This document shows, piece after piece, positions 29,767-35,093 of a DNA stretch of 35,093 nt. A program made the translations under genes and the position numbers. This stretch comes from a virus, in the IMG/VR virus record IMGVR_UViG_3300021478_000014. One strand, written 5' to 3'. The notes below the pieces were generated by a model. That model saw only the letters and a list, made by a program, of their open reading frames with translations, had not been told where the DNA came from and ran no database searches. The first letter of the stretch is position 1; each line of letters opens with the position of its first letter.

Positions 29767-30678
29767 ATGTCAGTTGATGCTACCCGTTACGTCTGGAAGT
29801 TACCAAAATCTGCAGTTTCCCCCTTTGAAAAACTAATCTTATTAGCAATTGCTGATCGCTGTGGTGAATCAGGAGAATGCTGGCCTAGCATCGCTAGAAT
29901 ATGCAAAGACACTAATTTGTCTGAAGACTCCGTAATAAAGTATCGCCAAAATCTGATTAAAAAAGGAATTTTAAAATATACCGGTATGTTTATGGGAAGA
30001 AGCAAACAAATCCCTGTCATGAAATTAATGGTTGATGATTGGCGTGAGGGAACACCTGGCTTAGATTCATTCGACCCCCCGCCAGTAGCGACGGGTCGCT
30101 GCCAGCGGGGGGTAGAAAAATTCATTTCACCACCCGGAGATGGCGGGGGGTACCACCCGCCAGTAGCGACACAGAACCTAAAAGAAGAACCTAAAAGAAA
30201 AGATCTCTTGTGTGCACACTTTTTTGAGACTTTCTGGACACTCTATCCCAAAAAGAAAGCCAAAGATTCTTGTAAAATAAAATGGAAAGCTAAAAATCTT
30301 GATAAGCACGCTGAAGAAATAATCGCTAAGCTTAAAGAACAAATCGACCATGATGATGAATGGCGACATGGCTTTATTCCAAACCCTCTCACCTATATCA
30401 ACCAGAACCGATGGAAAGACGATATAACGCCACCAAAACCCAAAACCCCGGCTATCCAGGAAAGAAGTCCAGTGGCTTTGAAAGAAATCTCACCCGCCAT
30501 CCGCTTCAATGGTTTTATGACCGATTTTACTTTATGCCAGAAAAGAGGTCACATCCAAAAAGATGCTACGCCACCTTCGATTAAACGTTGGGAAGAAGAA
30601 GGGTGTCCAGAACAAGCTACAGCCTACGCAAAGAAATATAATATATGGGGGGTCAGTCAGGTATCAAAAAAACCGTAG
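29767..30678 (+). CDS. Replication initiation protein (N-terminal HTH_36-type winged helix; C-terminal FxxFWxxYPKK...RW(K)DD domain)
   Basis: YVWKLPKSAVSPFEKLILLAIADRCGESGECWPSIARICKDTNLSEDSVIKYRQNLIKKGIL is the typical helix-turn-helix replication-protein N-terminus. FETFWTLYPKKKAKDSCKIKW...NPLTYINQNRWKDD is typical of phage and plasmid replication proteins. Confidence 0.7.
   Translation: MSVDATRYVWKLPKSAVSPFEKLILLAIADRCGESGECWPSIARICKDTNLSEDSVIKYRQNLIKKGILKYTGMFMGRSKQIPVMKLMVDDWREGTPGLDSFDPPPVATGRCQRGVEKFISPPGDGGGYHPPVATQNLKEEPKRKDLLCAHFFETFWTLYPKKKAKDSCKIKWKAKNLDKHAEEIIAKLKEQIDHDDEWRHGFIPNPLTYINQNRWKDDITPPKPKTPAIQERSPVALKEISPAIRFNGFMTDFTLCQKRGHIQKDATPPSIKRWEEEGCPEQATAYAKKYNIWGVSQVSKKP
30072..30170. 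repeat. GC-rich iteron-like island inside the replication gene (candidate origin)
   Basis: 15-bp direct repeat cccgccagtagcgac at 30078..30092 and 30156..30170. Inverted ccccccgcc (30075..30083) / ggcgggggg (30142..30150). Imperfect palindrome 30075..30112. Confidence 0.45.
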
Positions 30679-30718
30679 CGTTCAGCCACGGTCTTCTATG
30701 GAGTTTTTAGGCTATGGT

Positions 30719-30931
30719 TTATGAACAATTTAACGGTGGGCTTTTCTCTTTCGAGACTTTAATCTGAAAAGCTATCTTATCGTGAAATCCGTCAATAGCA
30801 TGACCGACGTACTTCAAAAATTCATAATGAGGTGATTTCTCATTCACCATCATGCGTGCGCCATAAATTTGTTCGGCCAGGTTGCCCATATCTTTTTTAA
30901 GATCAATGAGCACGCTAATTAGTTCATTCAT
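30719..30931 (-). CDS. Hypothetical protein (70 aa)
   Basis: Last ORF of the minus-strand accessory operon. Confidence 0.5.
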   Translation of the reverse strand: MNELISVLIDLKKDMGNLAEQIYGARMMVNEKSPHYEFLKYVGHAIDGFHDKIAFQIKVSKEKSPPLNCS

Positions 30932-31145
30932 CCATCAGCTCCCTAAGTAACTTAAAGCCATTTTCTACAGCAGCCGCACACGAATCAAAACATGCTTCTT
31001 CTCGTATGTAACTACACCCTTCACCCGAATATTTAAAGCCGTCGCGATCTTCCTTGATTGTATCTAAATCAAAAACACGTAATTGCGGTAAATTGTCCTT
31101 GTACTTAATCCAGTATAACTTTTGACCTACTTGATATTTCTTCAT
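30924..31145 (-). CDS. Hypothetical protein (73 aa)
   Basis: ORF overlapping both neighbours by a few nt. Confidence 0.5.
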   Translation of the reverse strand: MKKYQVGQKLYWIKYKDNLPQLRVFDLDTIKEDRDGFKYSGEGCSYIREEACFDSCAAAVENGFKLLRELMDE

Positions 31146-31345
31146 TCTGGTGCCTCATTCTCTTTAATCGAGTGGTAAATTTCAGCCGGTAAATCACAAA
31201 AATAAGCATAGGCAACTGGAATCTGTGTCCCATTCATTTTATTTAAACCTTTAAGCCTTGACTCATCTTCGCTAGACATTTTCCGACCACACACGTTTTT
31301 GCACCCAGGCGATGCACAAAAAGTCATATTTCTATAGCAATTCAC
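31142..31345 (-). CDS. Hypothetical Cys-rich protein (67 aa from GTG)
   Basis: The GTG at 31345 has GGAG 8 nt upstream and lies 1 nt after the upstream stop. The longer ORF-track version would overlap the upstream gene by 92 nt. The product has C-x6-C-x4-C-x3-C. Confidence 0.45.
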   Translation of the reverse strand: MNCYRNMTFCASPGCKNVCGRKMSSEDESRLKGLNKMNGTQIPVAYAYFCDLPAEIYHSIKENEAPE

Positions 31346-31346
31346 T

Positions 31347-31529
31347 TCACAATCTCCGTTCACATTTGGTACACACGTGCGCCGAATCAGGACAACCGCA
31401 ACACGGGTTTTCCCAGTCGTGCTCGCAATAGTTATCAATCATAGATTTGATTTTATCCATCAATTCTTGGGGTTCATTTTCCAAATAAAAATATATCTGC
31501 TCTAGCTCATCTTTAGTAAAGTCATTCAT
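31347..31529 (-). CDS. MNDFTKDEL-family paralog 3 with a Cys-rich zinc-ribbon-like tail (60 aa)
   Basis: MNDFTKDELEQIYFYLENEPQELMDKIKSMIDNYCEHDWENPCCGCPDSAHVCTKCERRL. ATGA overlap with the upstream paralog. Confidence 0.6.
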   Translation of the reverse strand: MNDFTKDELEQIYFYLENEPQELMDKIKSMIDNYCEHDWENPCCGCPDSAHVCTKCERRL

Positions 31530-31690
31530 TGAATATGCCCGCATTTTTCGCAATGCCATACCTTTATTGTTTTGGCATCATAGTTTTCAATCATAGATTT
31601 CAATTTATCTAATAGGCCTGGAAAAGTAGAATCAGAAGTCCAATAAGCACTAAGTAAGTATTGAAGTTCATCTTTCGTGAAGTCATTCAT
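31526..31690 (-). CDS. MNDFTKDEL-family paralog 2 (54 aa) with a C-terminal CxxC
   Basis: MNDFTKDELQYLLSAYWTSDSTFPGLLDKLKSMIENYDAKTIKVWHCEKCGHIQ. TAATG overlap with the upstream paralog. Confidence 0.6.
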   Translation of the reverse strand: MNDFTKDELQYLLSAYWTSDSTFPGLLDKLKSMIENYDAKTIKVWHCEKCGHIQ

Positions 31691-32130
31691 TATGTATCTG
31701 CCAATTCCTGAATCATTACTATTTTTGAACAATTTATAATACACCTTGTTCTTGACGTTGCAGATACAATAACATCATCATGAAAACCAATAGGACTTTC
31801 TTCCAATAATTCAGCATCTAACCAAGCATTTCCTAAACCATCTTTAGTAATATCATTTATCTGACTTATGGCAATCGTTTTTCCAGATTCAAGAAGAATT
31901 CCAAAATACCATACATCGGATAGCGCCCTAGAAAATAAGTGAAGCTGTTTAATTTCTTCAGCATTCGTGGAGAAATCATTCTTCTTCTTTTCTATAAGCA
32001 AATAGTTATCAATAATATATTGGATTTTACATTTTACCGGCAAAGTTATTTCAGTAGGATTTCCCTGCAATAATTTCCATTCGATGCAATCACGTAATTC
32101 TTTTAGTTCGTCTATAGTGAAGTCATTCAT
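31690..32130 (-). CDS. MNDFTIDEL-family paralog 1 with a longer C-terminal region (146 aa)
   Basis: MNDFTIDELKELRDCIEWKLL...KCKIQYIIDNY... The start is chosen by homology to the two downstream paralogs and lies 2 nt after the upstream stop. Confidence 0.55.
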   Translation of the reverse strand: MNDFTIDELKELRDCIEWKLLQGNPTEITLPVKCKIQYIIDNYLLIEKKKNDFSTNAEEIKQLHLFSRALSDVWYFGILLESGKTIAISQINDITKDGLGNAWLDAELLEESPIGFHDDVIVSATSRTRCIINCSKIVMIQELADT

Positions 32131-32132
32131 AA

Positions 32133-32375
32133 TCAAATCCAGTGAAATCCATGAGCCATTAAGCCCATCAAGCCAGTTCCGAATGCGATTACAATACAGA
32201 ATATCCACATATGATCGCCCCTGAACTGGATTAATTGGTCATCAACTTTATCAAGCCTTTTTTCTATCCTAATAAGGGTTTGGTTGATGTGACTTATAGA
32301 TTGCTCAAGCAATGCAACCTTTGTTTCCATATGAAACGGATATTCTGAAATATTATCTTCTGATTTTTTCTTCAT
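32133..32375 (-). CDS. Coiled-coil protein with a C-terminal transmembrane helix (XhlA-like / holin-candidate membrane protein)
   Basis: LEQSISHINQTLIRIEKRLDKVDDQL followed by the hydrophobic WIFCIVIAFGTGLMGLMAHGF. This architecture is like XhlA-type phage lysis-associated proteins. Confidence 0.45.
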   Translation of the reverse strand: MKKKSEDNISEYPFHMETKVALLEQSISHINQTLIRIEKRLDKVDDQLIQFRGDHMWIFCIVIAFGTGLMGLMAHGFHWI

Positions 32376-32542
32376 TTTTTATCCCTAGTTATTTTCTTAC
32401 TAACAGATCGGTATGCTATTTGGGACGCATCTATGAATCCTAAAATATAAGTTTGCATTTGCAGGGAGTCTAATGACCCTGGTTCTAATTTACTTAAATT
32501 AAGTTGCATCTCTCTTTTCCTAGTCTCTAATTTAAAAAGCAT
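32372..32542 (-). CDS. Hypothetical protein (56 aa), possibly the 3' part of a frameshifted gene
   Basis: ATGA overlap with the downstream gene. See 32527..32619. Confidence 0.4.
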   Translation of the reverse strand: MLFKLETRKREMQLNLSKLEPGSLDSLQMQTYILGFIDASQIAYRSVSKKITRDKK

Positions 32543-32619
32543 AAAACCCTCATTAATAAGTGATAACCGTCGAAAGTAACATAAGCCCCATCGCCTAAAT
32601 ACTCTTTTTCATCTTTCAT
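32527..32619 (-). CDS. Short ORF (30 aa) with a strong SD, possibly the 5' part of a frameshifted gene
   Basis: GAGGG lies 7 nt upstream. Product MKDEKEYLGDGAYVTFDGYHLL..., and the motif GDG.Y..FDG recurs in small phage proteins of about 80-90 aa. Overlaps the next ORF by 16 nt in another frame. Confidence 0.4.
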   Translation of the reverse strand: MKDEKEYLGDGAYVTFDGYHLLMRVLCFLN

Positions 32620-32683
32620 TTTTGTACCCTCTGTTTTTTTATTAACATTAATCTCTCACTAATCCCCATCAACTCTATAGGAA

Positions 32684-32926
32684 TCAGCTAACACCCTTAT
32701 CCACTAAATCTGTGGATAATTCTTTATTTTCTTTAAAGAAATCATTTGCATTTAAATTGACACCATTTGCCAGCGCAAAAGCTATCATTTTCCTAATCAT
32801 TTTAGAGCGCGGTATGCTATGCCCACACTCATATGAACTGATAATCGGCCGACTGACACCCAACATTTCTGCAAATTCCATTTGTGTAAGCAACAAACTA
32901 TCCCGTAACTTTTTAACAGGTGACAT
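32684..32926 (-). CDS. XRE-family (Cro/CI-type) helix-turn-helix transcriptional regulator
   Basis: LTQMEFAEMLGVSRPIISSYECGHSIP is a classical HTH_3 motif. 80 aa. Divergent from the + operon across a 172-bp control region. Confidence 0.85.
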   Translation of the reverse strand: MSPVKKLRDSLLLTQMEFAEMLGVSRPIISSYECGHSIPRSKMIRKMIAFALANGVNLNANDFFKENKELSTDLVDKGVS

Positions 32927-32953
32927 TATTTAACCCCTTATATTCTCCATCTC

Positions 32954-32982
32954 TTTATATATCAATGTTAACTTTATGTCAA
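32954..32982 (-). promoter_or_regulatory. Near-consensus sigma70 promoter for the XRE operon (TTGACA-17-TATAAA on the minus strand)
   Basis: tgtcaa at 32977..32982 and tttata at 32954..32959 on the + strand. The spacer contains AATGTTAACTTTA, which is also found at 25952..25964. Confidence 0.7.
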
Positions 32983-33023
32983 ATTAACCTTAACACGAAT
33001 GTAAACTTTTTGTTAATTTAAAC

Positions 33024-33052
33024 TTGACACAAAGAAAACACAATGCTACTAT
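33024..33052 (+). promoter_or_regulatory. Near-consensus sigma70 promoter for the replication/recombination operon (TTGACA-17-TACTAT)
   Basis: TTGACA at 33024..33029 and TACTAT at 33047..33052. Its upstream and core sequence duplicates that of the promoter at 25967. Confidence 0.75.
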
Positions 33053-33098
33053 GCATGAGTAACTTAACGAGACATAACAAAACATAACGGGGTACATC

Positions 33099-33356
33099 AT
33101 GACAATCAAATCTTTCGAGAGATCTATCATAGAAATTTCGGATCACTTAGTATTCAAAAAAGCCAAACTCATTGATAATGAATATAAACTTGATATTCGA
33201 GAGCTAAACGCAGAAGATAAACTTGCATTCGTTTCTAAGATTTTGAGCATCAATTCAAACTTAGACAACATCATGCAAGAGTATATCGACGACGCTTGTT
33301 CCAACCGTCTTTGTGCTGAATCGGACATTTTTGGGAGTTGGTACGATGACGAGTAA
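33099..33356 (+). CDS. Hypothetical protein (85 aa)
   Basis: GGGG SD 6 nt upstream. First gene after the promoter. Confidence 0.6.
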   Translation: MTIKSFERSIIEISDHLVFKKAKLIDNEYKLDIRELNAEDKLAFVSKILSINSNLDNIMQEYIDDACSNRLCAESDIFGSWYDDE

Positions 33357-33468
33357 CTTAAAGGATTTTATTACGTCAAAAGAGCGATTAAGCAACCATA
33401 GAACAAGCCGTTACAACTTAATCGCCATAGGTGTACTATTTTTTGTTGTTGGGAGTTTATTATCATGA
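33346..33468 (+). CDS. Possible small membrane protein (40 aa)
   Basis: MTSNLKDFITSKERLSNHRTSRYNLIAIGVLFFVVGSLLS. Overlaps both neighbours (ATGA with the ATPase start). Confidence 0.4.
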   Translation: MTSNLKDFITSKERLSNHRTSRYNLIAIGVLFFVVGSLLS

Positions 33469-34154
33469 GCAATACAATTTTGATACTGGGTGATTCAGGT
33501 ACAGGAAAATCAACAAGCCTAAGAAACTTAGATCCAACCAAGACTTTTATCATCAATATTTTAGACAAGCCATTGCCGTTTAGAGGCTACAAATCAAATT
33601 ATACAAAATTATCAGCGGATGGATTAACAGGAAACTATTACGAGACTGATGATCACACTAAAATCATGCGTGTCATTAAGCTAGTTAATGACAAAAGGCC
33701 TGAAATTATCAACTTAATTATAGATGATTTCGGCTTCACAATGACTAACACTTACATGCGCAGATCGAGAGAAAAAGGCTATGATAAATTTATCGATATC
33801 GGTAGGAATGCCTGGGAGATGATAGGATCTTTGCGTGGTCTCAGAGAGGACTTAAATTGCGTTATCACAATGCATGTTGACATAGATGTTCATGGTAAAT
33901 GTCGCCCCAAAACCATTGGAAAGATGATTGATGGGGCAAACATTATTGAGGGTTCTTTTACTTACGTTTTTCAATCAATAATTGTTGATAACAAATACAA
34001 GTTTATAACCGCAAATGACGGCCAACACATGGCTAAAACCCCGATGGGGTGTTTTGAGGAATTCTATGTTGATAACGATCTCAATGAAATATTACATCAA
34101 ATTGAAAACTATAATTTAGGCGATTACCAAGGGGCTTACCATGCAACTATATAA
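33465..34154 (+). CDS. AAA_24 / Sak4-like RecA-fold ATPase (recombination)
   Basis: Walker A ILILGDSGTGKST and Walker B NLIIDDFG. 229 aa. Genomic context with Gp157 and DUF669 is typical of Sak4 modules. Confidence 0.7.
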   Translation: MSNTILILGDSGTGKSTSLRNLDPTKTFIINILDKPLPFRGYKSNYTKLSADGLTGNYYETDDHTKIMRVIKLVNDKRPEIINLIIDDFGFTMTNTYMRRSREKGYDKFIDIGRNAWEMIGSLRGLREDLNCVITMHVDIDVHGKCRPKTIGKMIDGANIIEGSFTYVFQSIIVDNKYKFITANDGQHMAKTPMGCFEEFYVDNDLNEILHQIENYNLGDYQGAYHATI

Positions 34155-34632
34155 AATAACCAATGAATACGAAAATGTCTTTAGCCAAGTCGATGAGAAT
34201 GGCGAAATAACCCCAGATATGATGGATACGCTAGATGCCTTGACTGTAGATTTTGAAAATAAAGCTGTTGGTGTCGCAACGTACATTAAAAACCTAGAGG
34301 CCGAAGAAGCGGCCATTACGCAAGCCATGGAAGATATGAAGACTAGGAAGACCAGACTATCAAAGCAAGTTGGTTCACTTTCGGATTATTTGCAATTCCA
34401 CATGCAAAGGCTCTCAATCAAAGAGATAAAGAGCTGTCCTTATTTTAAAATCAGAATCAAACAGTGTCCGGCTTCAGTTGACGTTATTAATGAGGACTTT
34501 ATACCCGCGGAATATTGGAAGGAAAAAGTTGTAACGTCATTAGACAAAATAATGTTGAAAGAAGCACTCAATGAAGGGATTGAAGTCCCTGGGGCATCAA
34601 TTCAGCGCAGACTTAAACTTGAAATTAAATAA
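34141..34632 (+). CDS. Siphovirus Gp157-family protein
   Basis: LYKITNEYENV...DTLDALTVDFENKAVGVATYIKNLEAEEAAI...IPAEYW...LKEALNEGIEVPGASIQRRLKLEIK matches the Sipho_Gp157 pattern along its full length. Confidence 0.8.
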   Translation: MQLYKITNEYENVFSQVDENGEITPDMMDTLDALTVDFENKAVGVATYIKNLEAEEAAITQAMEDMKTRKTRLSKQVGSLSDYLQFHMQRLSIKEIKSCPYFKIRIKQCPASVDVINEDFIPAEYWKEKVVTSLDKIMLKEALNEGIEVPGASIQRRLKLEIK

Positions 34633-34660
34633 CATAACATAAACAATAAAAGGATCGACA

Positions 34661-35093
34661 ATGAAATACAAGCCATATACCGAAGAACAAATTCAAAGCC
34701 TAAATGTGATGGAACCTGGGATATACGGGTTCCAGGTCGTGGAAGTCATAACAACAGACAATTATGGCAACCAGTTGCGAGACAAAAACGGCAATGAGAT
34801 GGCAAAACTTAAATTGTCAATTTTAGGTTTTGAATCTCCACGTACTTTATTTACCTATATTTCAGGTGATGGCGCATTTGCTTTTAAGCTTCGACACTTT
34901 GCAAAGACCATTGGCATGGTCGATAAATACGAAGATGGTATATTTAACATTGCAGAAACCATTGGAAAACTTGGGCAAGCTGATATTGTAATTAAGAAAG
35001 GCACGTTTAAAACTGATGGTTCTGGCGAGATGTGGGCAGATAGGAACGATGTTAAAGATTTTGTGGTAACGGCTGATGGGAACGTTGTTAAGC
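34661..35093 (+). CDS. DUF669-type single-stranded DNA-binding protein (5' part; continues at 128..189 after circularisation)
   Basis: AGGA SD. N-terminus LNVMEPGIYGFQVVEV...LKLSILGF is DUF669-like. The joined C-terminus ELEDDVPF resembles the acidic SSB tip. Confidence 0.65.
   Translation, partial: MKYKPYTEEQIQSLNVMEPGIYGFQVVEVITTDNYGNQLRDKNGNEMAKLKLSILGFESPRTLFTYISGDGAFAFKLRHFAKTIGMVDKYEDGIFNIAETIGKLGQADIVIKKGTFKTDGSGEMWADRNDVKDFVVTADGNVVK

Noticed and set aside
29787-30369. Minus-strand ORFs 29787..30125 and 30178..30369, and plus-frame ORF 30360..30584, inside the replication gene
   Set aside because: They are shadow or alternative frames of a gene supported by N- and C-terminal domain motifs.
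33371-33568. 65-aa minus-strand ORF overlapping the Walker A region of the ATPase gene (with 34116..34328 and 33143..33328)
   Set aside because: It is antisense to motif-supported plus-strand genes within a unidirectional operon.
1-35093. CRISPR arrays, integrase/att sites, and lysogeny or plasmid-partition modules
   Set aside because: No regularly spaced direct repeats, no tyrosine or serine recombinase motifs, and no ParA/ParB-like ORFs were seen. The XRE regulator alone is not enough to call the phage temperate.

Overview
The window is a complete, circularly closed phage genome. Its two ends share an exact 127-bp overlap, giving a unit length of about 34,966 bp, and one gene reads across the junction. 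It is an AT-rich tailed dsDNA phage.

The long minus-strand block (417..25850) has a T7-like podovirus structural order: small terminase, small basic and hydrophilic proteins, portal, scaffold, major capsid, a repeat-rich head or fibre protein, tail tubular A and B, four internal-virion (ejectosome) proteins, a collar-domain tail fibre, large terminase, and a second glycine-rich fibre. I could not recognise a phage RNA polymerase, DNA polymerase, helicase/primase or integrase.

Expression appears to depend on host sigma70-type promoters. Three near-consensus TTGACA-17-TAxxxT promoters sit in two divergent control regions, and one of these regions carries an XRE-family HTH regulator. DNA metabolism genes are limited to an HTH_36-type replication initiator with an internal iteron-like GC island, plus a Sak4-like ATPase / Gp157 / DUF669-SSB recombination module.

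Accessory content:
- an early operon of small acidic proteins that includes a J-domain (HPD) co-chaperone
- a GH108 endolysin flanked only by hydrophilic glycine-rich small proteins, with no adjacent holin or spanin
- a tandem array of three MNDFTxDEL paralogs
- an endonuclease VII/HNH gene inserted antisense between tail tubular A and B

The least explained locus is a roughly 700-bp gap between the scaffold region and the capsid gene. It holds one reverse-oriented ORF and a GC-richer, heavily self-complementary non-coding island. All functional calls rest on motif recognition by eye, with no database searches.
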